A DNA stretch of 64,000 nt from Paraphysomonas bandaiensis (lineage: Eukaryota; Protista; Chrysophyceae), in contig CBFFRP010000110.1 of assembly GCA_965644295.1 (NCBI GenBank), positions 1 through 64,000 of the forward strand, in the 5' to 3' direction. Numbering within the stretch: the first letter of the stretch is position 1; the number at the start of each line of letters is the position of its first letter. Shown piece after piece: positions 31,085 to 45,559 of this stretch. The notes below the pieces were generated by a model, which had not been told where the DNA came from, ran no database searches, and worked only from the letters and a program-made list of their open reading frames with translations. Position numbers and translations under genes: made by a program.

Positions 31085-34000
31085 TTATCTTGGCAATGAG
31101 CTACTTTGTTCAAGTTCTAGGGCTTGTATAATAGAAAGTATACTTCAGCTTTAGTTTCTAGGTCAATATTAATTAAAAAGAAAAAAGAACAATATTAAAT
31201 AGTACATTATAAGCCCACTAGACTAACGTCGGAGGTACTAACCCACATCCTATATTTCGTACTGTTGATTAGGGATTTGGGATGCTGACTACAAAAAGGT
31301 TTCAGCAATATTCCCTTTGCGCCGGACAACTATAGTTTCAGGTGCTATAGGGGTGGTATCATCACTACTCTCGACAGTGCTCCTCAAGATATCTTTGCTG
31401 TCAGTATTGGCCTCATCCTCAGAATCGGAACAATCACGACGTTGGTCAGTGTATATCGTCCAAGCAACAAATGTCCGCCTCATCAACACCAGCATATGGT
31501 GTCGATACCCTTTTACCTCGCTATTGATATACGATAGTGGGCACGCGCTTCTCGTTGCAATATTGAGCTCGGATAAGCACTACAAACAATTACACAGCGT
31601 ATACAAATTGATATAAAACGCACCCTCATCGAATTCAGCGACATAAACACATCAGGAGAAATGTTATATCTATCCTCAAATTCAGCAAGTATACCATTTT
31701 CATCTCTGTTTTTCTGACTTTTACCGAAGCATAAATCTGCATGACTCAATACAGCATCCACACAATTAGACGCATCGACAGCTTGTTCATCTATAGACAG
31801 ACATAAATTACATCGAATATAATAATTAGTCAAAATACCCGACTGCTGCATATGAATGTTATTTTGAGAGTGTGAATACTCGCAATATTCAAGTGGATCA
31901 AAGTGTAAGTAGTTCTGTGTCAAATTTGTCAACAGAACTTCGCCCTCTACAATATACCTTAGAGAAAATACTTATATTTTCAGTAGGCAAACCTCGCTTC
32001 ATATGTCGTTTCGACCGTGGCCCTGCGTCAAACACGATATGAAGCCCACTGAGAAGGATATCTGTTTTGCTCAGTATAGTCTCAGCAAATGATTGGGGAT
32101 TCAGCTTTCCCTCTGCGTACAGCTGAATGAGCTCCATAGATAGAACCTTATGCTGAGAGCTAAGAACAACCGACTTTTTCTCCAACATCGAAAGAAGCAA
32201 TGTGTTAAACATAGGTTCTATTGGACCGCCGGTCGCACTATTCAGAAATTTGAATATTTCCTGTTCAATTGAATTGAATAATGCTGCAGTGGAACATTAC
32301 ACTACATACCTCTAACAGTTGTCTGAGGGCTAGATAATAGTTATGGATATGTGACCAAACTGTTAATATAATGTCGAAAGCTTCGGTATATTCACCAGCA
32401 TTCTTAAGTATGGACAGTACAACTTCTTCTTTCATTCTAGAAAAAATTCTTTTGAAATCGAGTTAAACACGTTAGACAGCGTTGAATATCTCATACTTTT
32501 CTGGCAAATGACTCCACCATGATTCTCCAGGGTAGCTGGGATCCGTAAGCTCAGCTTTCAAGTCAACTTTCTCTCCTGCCGAAATAGCAGCAGCAGCAAC
32601 ACACACACTCACCCGACGCTTGCCAATGGGCTTATACGGTTCTACAAAAGGTTATAACTAGTAGTAAAATTATCAACCCTAGATTCTACCTTCTGCAACG
32701 GATACAGTGAATACTCGAGATAAAATTCTTTCGATTTCGCTCGCAGGAACCGGACAAGATGTACCCGTCGAAAATAAGTTCGTCGCAGCAGCGGATGTAA
32801 CACCAGGAGCTTTATGACTACATTTGATGTACCGCTACAACAGAATACATAAAATCTTAGAAGTATTTCCATACATCGAAACCTGCATGGCACTAAAACA
32901 TCGCATAAAAATATGCAGAAATACTTCATCCAAACTGGACTGCGGTTGAAAAGCTGTGGTCGAATCACGATCACCCGACACAGCTGAATCGCTTTCATTA
33001 GATTGCCCACTACTCGATAGTCCAAATAAACGTACAAATGACTTCACCATTCCTTTTTCATGTTCTAATAAACTCCTTGGTAATGCTTCGATGACCGAAT
33101 CAAAGCGGGAGACATTGGCCTCTGTCCCATTTCGAAGCTGAGATTGTGACCAAATAAGTATTGACCAGACAATTTTTCTTAGAATTTCTCTAGCCGGGCG
33201 TATTGCCCCAAGTTGCTGGACCAAAAATTTGCTGAACTAATCGAACATTCTTACACGGTATAAAGACACACAAATAATACGCGTACCATGGCTTCAAAGC
33301 TCATAATTTTAAGCTCCGCGCCGCGTATTCCGCCGCATAATCCAGTCACGAGCCATGAATCCGGGCTACTGGTAACATCTCGCCCACCATCATTTTTCAT
33401 TCCTTTGTGAACGTGCCAACACAAAGGAGTACGATTCGATAAAAAGTATAAACAAAATTGCAGGACGACTTTTTGGATATCTGACACAGACAGTATTGTG
33501 TTTGGCGGGTTGGCTACAGTTGATCCATACTGCTTTTTTCCATGGAATATGCTAAGAATTTCGTGAGACACACTGTCAAATCCTTGTGGTTGTAAAATTG
33601 GAGGCAACTTTTGTAGTACATCCACCGTAGACTGCCCCTCCAAACGCTCACGCAATCGACTGTTTTCAATTAGTAATGCATCAACTCGTTTTCTCCAAGT
33701 AGCCTCCTCTTCGGCACATTTGGCAAGTAAAGCACCATGCTTATTCTGTAACTCCTATAATTCTTTGTGTATAAAATATCAAGAATAGTGCCTTATACTC
33801 ACATACCTCCATTACAACATTCTGTAATTGGTTTTCAACGACAAGAGCACGAAATGAAGTTGATTCGTGTTTATTCTTGGAACGGATAGGTAGCTCTTTG
33901 TTATCATCTCCTGTATGTGTAGCAGGGGACTGATGAGGCAATGACATGTCAAACTCGTCCATAGAAACTCCTTTACTGATAGCATTCGATACCGTTCGAG

Positions 34001-35373
34001 ACCTTGACGGAGAGGCGAGACTGGCATTTTCGTCTGTAATAGATACTGCGATCCCAATATCTAGTTTTTGTATTCTCTACGAAATTAACATTTCAACCGT
34101 GTAGTAGGATAATACGTAATACATGAAGCACCTTCATATCTTTGAATAATAAATCTTGTGGAAGAATAACACCAGCATCAGTACACTGTTCATAGCTGGA
34201 CATCGCAGACAACGCATCTTCAATGGGCGGTAAATGCTTCCTGATGCAATACTTAGGGAACAGTAAATCATGTGGAAAAATATCTACACCGTAAAACAGA
34301 ATTCGAATAAGACTGAAAATTCGGAAACCAAACACTCAAATCTGCAAGAGTGTTCTAATAAATTTGAATTAAAAATAACGATTAAACGCTTGTAGTTACT
34401 TTACCTCCATCAATCGCATGTCTTTCTCGCGCATAAATAGCTCCTCTTGCATCTCTCTTCGAAAGGAGTGACTACTACAACTCATACACAGTATCAGTTA
34501 CCTATATACTTGAGAATCCTCTGATTTGTTCGTTTTCGAAGCTGCCGCTTGCTTTTTCATTTCCTTCTCGTGTCGCCAGCGCTGTAGATCCATCTGCTTC
34601 TGGGTCTGAAAACATATGACATGTAGCGCGGAAGAACAGCACACAAGAACTCACCAGCTCACATTTCTCCTTCCAATCTGCTGCGTTATATCGCAAGCTA
34701 TCAATAACCGAGCTCATTTCCAAAAGTAGTGTGTTATATAATTCGTGAGATGATCGCCACAACCTGTCCATTAATTCTGCACGATCAGTACACTGTATGG
34801 CAACCTGCCGGATGAGTTCGGAAAATCCGACGTCCATTATCTTTAATTGCTCCTCCGCAATTTTTGCGTTTTCCGATACCCAAGATGATTCTTCATGTGA
34901 AGGACATGATGTTGCGACAGACGCCAGTCTATGCTTACTTTCATAATGTATGCATGAAATCTGCTTTCTCTTTACCTGTCAGTTATCCAAGCATCAAGGT
35001 ACTTGACATCTTCTCTCCTATCAGGATGGTGTCGAGGCAGAACCATAGACTTCCATGTGTGTGTATCTTCATCAAACACAGAAGCAGTATTTCGCAAAGG
35101 GCGAGGGCTACACTCAGATATGGAGTTGTTTTTGTCGATTCTGTGGCACATACACAGCAGCTGTCACTACACAATAAGAGCTGTGAGTATCGAGATACCG
35201 TGTAGGGATGTGAGCAGATTGAAGCTTACGCAGCTTCTCAGTAGCAGATATTGAGCTGGACTGAAAGAACAGTCTTCTAGGAGACTGAGATGACGAAGGG
35301 CTATGAACAAACACATCTCATCAGAGGTTCACTACACGCTCGTTACTTACTGCTTATCTTTAGGCCTCGACAT
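31085..35373 (-). CDS. Multi-exon protein with N-terminal axonemal dynein light chain (p28-type) domain, AXDND1-like; 3' end approximate
   Basis: FSELIRQVAIQCTDRAELMDRLW matches the Ax_dynein_light motif. A chain of minus-strand ORFs is separated by short introns. Confidence 0.65.
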
Positions 35374-35897
35374 GACACACGGTACACATATAATACAGTA
35401 GAAATTCCCCTAAATAATGCTCAAAGCGGTGTCGTGTCAATCGATCTCTTGTGTTAGATGTCAGTGAGTGATACTTCTCATACTTAACACACACATCTGT
35501 CTCTCCTGCAGTATTTTCACCTCTTTTTCTCTCTATAAAAAATAACGATTCCCATATTCATAATTTTCGAATATCTCGCAAAAAAGGTAGGAATTTTATG
35601 GTAAACTGCTATACAGTACACTATAATTTTCTCCAATACAGTTGCGGAGTTATGTACAGCTGTATTCCGTACAGTATATAGATATTCTATATGTACAGCA
35701 GGTGTGATGTGGCCACCTTTCCATCCAATCATCTCATATCGTCAAGTATGCTAAAATACAGTCCAGAGTATACTACGATACACACTGGTATAGTCACACT
35801 CTACGCCATACACTGCTCTCGGACTGTCCCAGCATTACTCATAACGTCATCGTAAGGTGTTGTACCTTATCTACTATTCAACGAATCGTTTCTCTCA

Positions 35898-37414
35898 ATG
35901 GAGTCCTCCTTGCAAGACTTCCATTCTCTGGTATGCTCTCATGACTCCTTCTTCTCTCATGTTATCAGCATGATTCCACTGGAACTGTACAAACCAGAAG
36001 ATGAAGGTAGTGTATGAGACTATGTTATGGAATGACTGATATCTTATCTCAATACTAGCAGATGAGGGCACTCTGAATGAGCGTTATCACAAGCACCGTA
36101 AGCTTCCTCTACAGCCCGAAGACAAGAAGAATATAGCCAGAAAGAAGAAAAAAGAAAAATATGATGCGTCCCATATGACTAGAGTTGAGTCTAATCACGT
36201 AGCGGAACAAAATATCAAAAGCGATGAATATTCGTTGCCCAGTGGAGATGACGGATTCGATGTGCTGAGGAAACGTCTGCAGGTACTTGTACTCTGTCTC
36301 TCTCAACTCTGTTTACAACGACTTATCTTTTAGGATCGTATCTCTGCTCTTCGAGGAAAGCGAAAGAATCCTGACGAATCCCATCGTTCTGACCAATCTG
36401 ATAAAAGTGTGAAGAAGTCAAAATCAATTTCTACTACACCACGACCTTCAGCAAAGCATTCGCGTGGTACGTACTGCCGTAGTGTTGCCATGTTGACCGT
36501 ACTGACTATAAACCAGATGATTCGGGAACTGGCGAAAACACAACTCAAGTATCTCAGATGAATGTTGAAAGTGGGATCAGCCATAACAAGGCTGATGGAG
36601 TGTTGGAAGATAGTGCCGACGTAACTGGAAACGATATATTATACAGTGAGATGGTTGAAAGCTCATCTGTTCAACTGAAACCTGGACAAGGTTCAAATTA
36701 TGTGAATATTTTAAAATAATGTATGACTATATTATACCAGGTAAACCAGGTTCCAAAACAAAGCGATTGCAAAGAATGGTTGAAGAAGCAGAGAAGAAAA
36801 GACACCGTCTGGAAGAATTGAAGAAACAAGGCCCTCAAGGGGTGGAAAGGTATTTGTTATCTGATATTTATATACTCAATAATTGTGGCGATTTTTTCAG
36901 AGTGCTATCAGAACAATGGGCGGATGTAATTCAGGAAGCTTCTGGTGAAAAAGTTCTTGTGAACACCGCGAAGATCAAAAAGGTTTAACCCTGCCTTTCA
37001 ACACTTCGGCTCTTATTGTAGTATTACAGGCTATTAAACGTCGTGAGAAGAGCAAAGAAAAAAGTGCACGGCAGTGGCAGGTAATAATATTTAATAATAG
37101 TAATAATAACATCTCAATTTTGTAATATTCTTTGAAAGGAACGTATTTCTGAAGTTGAAGCTGCGAAAGCGAAGAAGCAAGAGAAACGTGAAGAAAATTT
37201 GTTAAAGCGGCGACGAGGTGCTGATTATGTTGAAACCGATGTATCGGAGTCAGCGTCGACTCGAGCACGAGTTTCAGATGACAAAAATACAATTCCGAAA
37301 GTGATATCACAGAAAAAGGCCAGTAATAACTCTAAAAAGAGTAATGTTCAGTCAGGAGGAAAGCGAGCGGGGTTCGAGGGTAAAAAAGTTGATTTTTTGA
37401 ACAAGAAATCCTGA
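35898..37414 (+). CDS. SURF6: SURF6/RRP14 nucleolar ribosome biogenesis protein, multi-exon
   Basis: N-terminal HDSFFSHVISMIPLELYKP (RRP14-like). C-terminal AIKRREKSKEKSARQWQ and RAGFEGK (SURF6 signature). Confidence 0.85.
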
Positions 37415-39830
37415 GACTGCCAATTGATTAACATAAACCAGGAATAGCTGTGTTCTAGTTTACTTATTTGATATAATTAAGTTATCGTTGCATTATTCAT
37501 GCTTATATATTTCCTTATGAGAGTTAAAAACCTCGTCATGAATCGTTCTCACTTATATACATACACGTACAGAACAACGAGATCACTGTAGTCTGTAGTA
37601 TGGTCAACCCAGTACTGTGGAGCGAAAACCAACATGAGTGGTCTACGCAAATCTATTGCACCTCAGCGATGGAGGCCCTTATGTTCTTGCGCTTTAATAA
37701 ACATCTGTGGAATGCAAGTGCAGTGCTTGTAATGAGTAACTAATTTAATAAGACAGTAATTGGCAATTAAATTGCATTATTGCAATTATAATTGCGCGAG
37801 CTATAACTTGTAATTGCAATTTAATTGCTAGAAAACAGCTGCAATTAATTCTTACGCAGCCCTGCCAATACAGCATATCTCAGAAAGTACACTGAAGAAT
37901 GAAAATATATGCATATCCACAGGGTAGGGTCAACCATCGTCCAACTGAGTTTGCGGACCCTTCGTTGGCAAAAAACTAAATACTATCGTTTTTTCTGTTT
38001 TTCTCTTCCTTTTAAAATATATGGAATTTGTTACCTAATAGCAAAAAATACTGACACTAAAATCTAAAATATAATCATAAGCAAATCACACTTTTAAACG
38101 CTACTTAAAAACAGAACCAAATATATGTAGATTATAAGGTTAGACATTTGTCGTCATAACTTCACATAAAACCTAACGAAACTACTGAAGCATCTCGTAC
38201 CCAAAACAAACTCCAGCCGGTTCATAAAAGAAAACAGCTTTCTGTACATAGCCGAATACAACGCCGTATTGTTTTGACCGCTGTGTATCCACCGTAGTAC
38301 TTTGCTCAGTACTTTTCCCCCCGTTGTTACATGCAATAGTATACAATTCAGGTTTATGTTATACTAATGCATAATGATTTTGAATATTTTAGTTTCTGCA
38401 ACACGTATTAACCGTCGAATTTTATGTAGATATTCAATATACTAAGTCTATTGTGTAGGGAGATTTATTAATAGTCAATTTTAATAACTCGCCACGCTAT
38501 GTATGCGGCTAAGAATACTTTATATCTTTATATATATGCGGTTACAACGTATAGTTGGTCCGCATGAACTTTTTCAAAGTTATTTTACACTGAAATTTAC
38601 TTTGTTTACTATCGTCACTAAATAAAACAGTACAAGTTGTTGTATGTTCCATCACTGTTCCGATATCGCGAATTCACTAAAGTGTAAAGTACACTATAAA
38701 CAAATGCAGCATACATTCAGATGCCCACCAAAATCGTACTATTCGGTAACCAGTAATTGGAGTAGTTTGTGTATATAAAAATAAGTAGTTTGTGAAGTGA
38801 AAGGTGGAAGTAATATAGCGCATAGTTGATTCCCATAACTACACTATATCTGCACAATAGTTCAATACTTATTACAATAGGAGAAACACCAGATTATGAT
38901 GAAATGGAATTACAGTCTCTACTGTATTTTGTGCATCTACAGTTGTTGAAGATTCAAAAAAGAATAAATCACTATAGTACTTGTAAGCTATCTCCGCTGT
39001 CGCTACTGCTGGGGTTTTGTTAGATAATGTTCTCATATCGTTGCATTTGTCTCTTTTAAGATTCTTGCATTATTATATTCTGAATATCTTGCATACCCAT
39101 ATAGCTATCTCGCTACTAACTACTACATTCAATAACATCGTTACGCTGCATGCAGTAGCACTGCAACTTTGAGTATTCGTAACTGAGATGGGAGATGATG
39201 ATGCGGCGGTAATCTTCCTTATGTGGTAACCGAAGAACTTCCAATTAGACTACAAGCAAATGATGGACGACGCGACGAAATCAAACATTTTGATGAGTAT
39301 GACGATGGACAAGATGAATATAAGACACTATTCATAAACTGCTAGTATGAATCGCGCGGTGCTCATATATGTTAGAGATCATCTGCATGCTAGTCTTTTG
39401 AGGGTTTCTTATCGAAAGTTCACTGTAGAGATTAGGAGCTGTAGAGCTGGATGTGAGAGGTACTCGAGGAACTTGAACGATAAAAGAAACCTTGTGATAA
39501 TGAAAGAAGCATTGCGCCTTACAAAATCTGCTTGCAGATTCGTGTCCAGTGCAGTCCAACATGCATAACATGTCGCCGTATACTGTTACGCCGTATACCG
39601 TACGTACGCCCAGTCGTATCTTGAGCGATCTTTTTTTCTTGTCAAAAACAAACCACTCCCAGTGGCGATACCGAGAGATGCGGACTGTCGTACACATGCA
39701 GTACAGCTGCAGTGTGGGGGGATAGTTCATATGAAGTGCAGGCTAAACGGTTCGAGACAAACCATACAAGAGACGGCAGACATAAAGTCAGGACACCTGA
39801 GTATAGTAAAATAAGGGCACATAAAGAATT

Positions 39831-42719
39831 ATGTCAGCATTAAAATTTTCAACGACGGCACCGAAGTGTCCGATATGTTCGAAGAGCGTGTATAAGATGG
39901 AAGAGATCCAAGCATTGAACAAGACCTGGCACAAAGCGTGTTTCACATGTGGTGCTTCGAAAGGTGATGGCTGTGGCAGAACCCTATCAAGAGATGGGTA
40001 TTTGGATCATGGTGATAGCCCCTATTGCAATGCATGTTACGGGCGGCTGTTTCGACCGAAGGGTGTAGGGTTTGGTGCTAACCTGAGTACGGCCTCGGCG
40101 GCTCCCAGTGTACCACCTGCTCCTTCCTCGACCAATGTATCGCAGGTCGGCGATGTACGAGCTCCAGTTCGGCGCCCAAGTAGTGGAGGTAGTGCGGGTA
40201 TAGCAGCTATGCTGTCCTCTACTGGTCCAGGTGCGGGGTCTACTTCCCAGGTGTCTGTACCGTCTGTACCTGCTCCTGCACCATCAGATGCAACATCACC
40301 TTCAACAGCTACAACATCTGTCAAAGTAGGCGCTTCATTTTCGTCGACGGCACCGAAGTGTCCGATATGTTCGAAGAGCGTGTATAAGATGGAAGAGATC
40401 CAAGCATTGAACAAGACCTGGCACAAAGCGTGTTTCACATGTGGTGCTTCGAAAGGTGATGGCTGTGGCAGAACCCTATCAAGAGATGGGTATTTGGATC
40501 ATGGTGATAGCCCCTATTGCAATGCATGTTACGGGCGGCTGTTTCGACCGAAGGGTGTAGGGTTTGGTGCTAACCTGAGTACAGCCTCGGCGGCTCCCAG
40601 TGTACCACCTGCTCCTTCCTCGACCAATGTATCGCAGGTCGGCGATGTACGAGCTCCAGTTCGGCGCCCAAGTAGTGGAGGTAGTGCGGGTATAGCAGCT
40701 ATGCTGTCCTCTACTGGTCCAGGTGCGGGGTCTACTTCCCAGGTGTCTGTACCGTCTGTACCTGCTCCTGCACCATCAGATGCAACATCACCTTCAACAG
40801 CTACAACATCTGTCAAAGTAGGCGCTTCATTTTCGTCGACGGCACCGAAGTGCCCGATATGTTCGAAGAGCGTGTATAAGATGGAAGAGATCCAAGCATT
40901 GAACAAGACCTGGCACAAAGCGTGTTTCACATGTGGTGCTTCGAAAGGTGATGGCTGTGGCAGAACCCTATCAAGAGATGGGTATTTGGATCATGGTGAT
41001 AGCCCCTATTGCAATGCATGTTACGGGCGGCTGTTTCGACCGAAGGGTGTAGGGTTTGGTGCTAACCTGAGTACGGCCTCGGCGGCTCCCAGTGTACCAC
41101 CTGCTCCTTCCTCGACCAATGTATCGCAGGTCGGCGATGTACGAGCTCCAGTTCGGCGCCCAAGTAGTGGAGGTAGTGCGGGTATAGCAGCTATGCTGTC
41201 CTCTACTGGTCCAGGTGCGGGGTCTACTTCCCAGGTGTCTGTACCGTCTGTACCTGCTCCTGCACCATCAGATGCAACATCACCTTCAACAGCTACAACA
41301 TCTGTCACAGTAGGCGCTTCATTTTCGTCGACGGCACCGAAGTGTCCGATATGTTCGAAGAGCGTGTATAAGATGGAAGAGATCCAAGCATTGAACAAGA
41401 CCTGGCACAAAGCGTGTTTCACATGTGGTGCTTCGAAAGGTGATGGCTGTGGCAGAACCCTATCAAGAGATGGGTATTTGGATCATGGTGATAGCCCCTA
41501 TTGCAATGCATGTTACGGGCGGCTGTTTCGACCGAAGGGTGTAGGGTTTGGTGCTAACCTGAGTACGGCCTCGGCGGCTCCCAGTGTACCACCTGCTCCT
41601 TCCTCGACCAATGTATCGCAGGTCGGCGATGTACGAGCTCCAGTTCGGCGCCCAAGTAGTGGAGGTAGTGCGGGTATAGCAGCTATGCTGTCCTCTACTG
41701 GTCCAGGTGCGGGGTCTACTTCCCAGGTGTCTGTACAGTCTGTACCTGCTCCTGCACCATCAGATGCAACATCACCTTCAACAGCTACAACATCTGTCAA
41801 AGTAGGCGCTTCATTTTCGTCGACGGCACCGAAGTGTCCAATATGTTCGAAGAGCGTGTATAAGATGGAAGAGATCCAAGCATTGAACAAGACCTGGCAC
41901 AAAGCGTGTTTCACATGTGGTGCTTTGAAAGGTGATGGCTGTGGCAGAACCCTATCAAGAGATGGGTATTTGGATCATGGTGATAGCCCCTATTGCAATG
42001 CATGTTACGGGCGGCTGTTTCGACCGAAGGGTGTAGGGTTTGGTGCTAACCTGAGTACGGCCTCGGCGGATCCCAATGTACTACCTGCTCCTTCCTCGAC
42101 CAATGTATCGCAGGTCGGCGATGTACGAGCTCCAGTTCGGCGCCCAAGTAGTGGAGGTAGTGCGGGTATAGCAGCTATGCTGTCCTCTACTAGTGGCGTT
42201 TCTTCTCAGGGTGTGTTGCAATCGTCTGCATTGTGTAAGTTTTGTGGACGTGCTGTGTACAAGAATGAAGAAGTTATATATTTGAATGAAGTAGTACATA
42301 CTGCATGCTTTAGATGTGGTGCTGGAAGCAAACCGTCTTTAGGCTGCAATCGGTTATTGAAGCACGGAACATTAGATTATTCCACAGGAAGCAAAATTCC
42401 TTTCTGTAATTCATGCTTTACTCGTTTACATCAACAAGGCGGGCATATTTCAGGTAGTTCACTGGCTCCGTCATTCGGTGGTCAGTGCGATATTAAAGTT
42501 GTCACGGAAAAGATTGAAGCTTTCGAAAGTGAAGCACAACATGTTGTTGCTGCCAGGGCTGCAAAACAACATTCACAACGGAAGAGTTCAATACAATGCT
42601 GCGATCTGAATGTAGTGTCTACTCTGAAGGGCCAAAGTGGTAGTGGAGCGTCGAAGAATATTGAACACAAAGAGGAGTACGTTGGAAACGGTGATGAGGT
42701 AGATGACTCTGAATGGTAG
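39831..42719 (+). CDS. CRP-like multi-LIM protein: 5 near-identical LIM domains plus 1 divergent LIM, acidic tail
   Basis: CPIC-x17-HKACFTC...CNACY followed by the CRP-type PKGVGFG. Intronless 962 aa. Confidence 0.92.
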   Translation: MSALKFSTTAPKCPICSKSVYKMEEIQALNKTWHKACFTCGASKGDGCGRTLSRDGYLDHGDSPYCNACYGRLFRPKGVGFGANLSTASAAPSVPPAPSSTNVSQVGDVRAPVRRPSSGGSAGIAAMLSSTGPGAGSTSQVSVPSVPAPAPSDATSPSTATTSVKVGASFSSTAPKCPICSKSVYKMEEIQALNKTWHKACFTCGASKGDGCGRTLSRDGYLDHGDSPYCNACYGRLFRPKGVGFGANLSTASAAPSVPPAPSSTNVSQVGDVRAPVRRPSSGGSAGIAAMLSSTGPGAGSTSQVSVPSVPAPAPSDATSPSTATTSVKVGASFSSTAPKCPICSKSVYKMEEIQALNKTWHKACFTCGASKGDGCGRTLSRDGYLDHGDSPYCNACYGRLFRPKGVGFGANLSTASAAPSVPPAPSSTNVSQVGDVRAPVRRPSSGGSAGIAAMLSSTGPGAGSTSQVSVPSVPAPAPSDATSPSTATTSVTVGASFSSTAPKCPICSKSVYKMEEIQALNKTWHKACFTCGASKGDGCGRTLSRDGYLDHGDSPYCNACYGRLFRPKGVGFGANLSTASAAPSVPPAPSSTNVSQVGDVRAPVRRPSSGGSAGIAAMLSSTGPGAGSTSQVSVQSVPAPAPSDATSPSTATTSVKVGASFSSTAPKCPICSKSVYKMEEIQALNKTWHKACFTCGALKGDGCGRTLSRDGYLDHGDSPYCNACYGRLFRPKGVGFGANLSTASADPNVLPAPSSTNVSQVGDVRAPVRRPSSGGSAGIAAMLSSTSGVSSQGVLQSSALCKFCGRAVYKNEEVIYLNEVVHTACFRCGAGSKPSLGCNRLLKHGTLDYSTGSKIPFCNSCFTRLHQQGGHISGSSLAPSFGGQCDIKVVTEKIEAFESEAQHVVAARAAKQHSQRKSSIQCCDLNVVSTLKGQSGSGASKNIEHKEEYVGNGDEVDDSEW
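39846..42192 (+). repeat. Coding tandem repeat, 492-bp (164-aa) unit, ~4.8 copies
   Basis: Period of 492 bp (antisense ORFs at 40037, 40529, 41021, 41513) with only scattered SNPs. Confidence 0.95.
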
Positions 42720-45559
42720 AAGAATATGGTGCGAATTCCTAATTTTGATGTCATGGGAGTGGATTAAAGTACTAATGAACATTTGATTGATGTAGTACAA
42801 ACTTGATACCGACTCACTATGATTCAATTACTATAATTTTCACGAACTCATACTGTATATTTTTAAGCGTCTTCATCAGATCTTTTTCTGGTGAGCTTTT
42901 TCTGAAATTAAGATAGGGAACTCTCTTGTCAGTTTTACAGCTTTTAGATATGAGTCTGCCTGCTGTCATATTCCCATGTCATCTCTCAGTTAGGTTTAGC
43001 GTTTTTAGTATTTAGTATAGTGAGTTTGGAGTAGTTGTTAGGTCCTTGACTTTATAGGGGAAAAAGTCAATTACTAATTAAGGTGCTCCCTTAATATTTT
43101 TAGTTAAATTTCAGCCTACGAATCGTAACTCGGAAGAAGACTCTGTAAATTACACTGTCATCAAAACTTTTGGCCATCATCGTTGCTTGAAATATGGTAT
43201 CATAATTAAAGTCACCCGAATCTCTACCAAATCGACGAAACAAACGCTGTGATGATATTGAGAAACTGAAATAGTTTGATTTTCAAGATATATTTAGTAA
43301 CGACAGGTTGACATATGTAGGAGACTATGCGTGGAGCAAAATGAGTTGTGTTGTTTGTCACATTTCGTGTAAACGGTATTAATTGATCTATCTAGTCTAG
43401 CGACATATTCTCTCTAGTTCTAGTTAAGAATGAGCAATTTTCAAGTCTGTACAGAGTATAATTTTTTTGTTTAGTTGTGTACTGTAGCTTCTTTGAACTT
43501 AGGAAAAAGAGTATTTTTCTTAATGGATTTTTAATACTTTTTTAAAGTTTTAAGTATGTTGTTGCTCAGGAAATTATTTTCTGACTCTTATAGCATTAAG
43601 TTTCCCACTGATAATGAACTATGTTAACACAGAGTAGCTGTAGAGTTGCATGAATATTGTTTAACATTGTTTCGACTAGACTTAGCTCGATATATATAGC
43701 ATATATCTAGTACCTGTACATGCATATATATATATGAATGGTAGTCCAGTTCCCGGCAATGATAATGGCATTACCATTAATGCCATTACCATGATTAACA
43801 GTCCGCTACCAGGCCCTGCAATGTATATAGTTCAATGCATTTCCTTCGTTCCCGCCGAAAGAAAAACTTATAAAAACAGGTGGTTCTAGAAAAAATGTAG
43901 GGGTTTAGTTGTAATTATAAAAATCATAATTTATTAAATTTAGAAAAAATTGACATAAATACTTTGCTGTTAAAATATAAATAAACGCCTACAGATTAGA
44001 TAGTGAGGAAATTTATTGTACACTCATACATTTAAATCAATTTTACTAAAAAATGAGCCTTATTCGGCTGCACCAAATTATAGGGTCAGCTCCTCTGTTT
44101 ACCCTGGCATGTGCTTTGGTCCTATACTCTTCTGATGCAGACTCCTTACCAGTTGCCGTGATGCTACTCGTTTCATATGTATCATATTGTTCAGTGTGCT
44201 GTACGCATCTGTGCTATATAACGCGCCACGCATATTTTTCTCTATGTTGTTGTCTATTTCTACTCATGTCAGCATTTCTCAATTTACGTTCCGCAAAAAT
44301 TCCATTCCATCATTTCGGTCTACTGTAGACACATGCATGCCAGGTATGGGTCACTGCACCTAATGTCAATTTCAGTAACACTCCTCGCTGTATAGATACT
44401 CCCAGTGCCAGCACTGAACAGAATCTTGGTCATAGTATCCTTCGCGAGCCGTATTCCACTCCGGTATTGTTTTCTTGAAGATCGACTGCAGAAGTTTGTG
44501 TGTGTACACATACAGGAAGCAAGCAGAGGCACACCACCCCATGATATACAGTACATGTATACCAGTATACAGAGGTACGTATTCGTGGTATTCCTAGTAC
44601 TGTATACTGTATTGGTTTAAAAAAAAGACATTGCAAACAGCACAAAAAATATCGTATCTTGTAAAGTTTTTTCAGTCTATTCCTTCGGCATGTTTACGTC
44701 TGAATCCGTACCCACCAACTCGCTGATGCACTGCAACAGCAACAGCAGTATACCACTGCAGCCCTGTTGTATTGTGTACTTGTGCACACAATACTGTGTT
44801 AACATTCGAGTTACAGTTTAACAATTGCTCCCCACAAAGTCATATTGAACAGAGAATTGTACACAGAAGCTATCACTATTAAAAATGATGTTTATGATGA
44901 GATTGAGCAAGGCTGACCAGGCTGGCTTTCGTATGTTCAAAAATATTATGCTTGGCACTCTCCTGGTAGACTACAACATGCTGCGTTTCCTTAATCCAGA
45001 CACTAACTATTTGTATTTCAGGGCGGCATTGGAGCCTATGCTTACAATGTTGGTTATTGGGTATGGCTATGATTATATGTGCTATTCACTCTTGAAATAT
45101 GTTTCGATAGACTCCTCGGAAGAATCAAATTGACACCTACTACGCCCGTATGGAAGCCAAGGAAGCTGCAAGACGTGCAGCAGAAGAAGCCGAATAAGCT
45201 GATTGTTATGCATCAATATCCCAGATAACGGTTTAGCTAAGAATTATATATTTTGAACTTTTGGTGACCATTACAACATTATCGCGGCATTAATACGCCA
45301 CTTTTATTTCGCGGTACACTCAAGGAATAGAAAGTCAACAGCTACAGAATGATTACAGACCTATTATGTAGCCTCTGCTGTACACAAGTACAGTTGCTGT
45401 AACATTGCACCCCTACTACATCAGTTATATTGTCTTCATGGGACATCGTCAACTCATTGCGCAGTAGCTCTCTACTTTACCAGCTAGTTCGCAGTACCTG
45501 GCTAAGCAAAGCTACACATATTGTTTCGAAAGAATGTTGAATTCTAAGTGTGTAATAGT

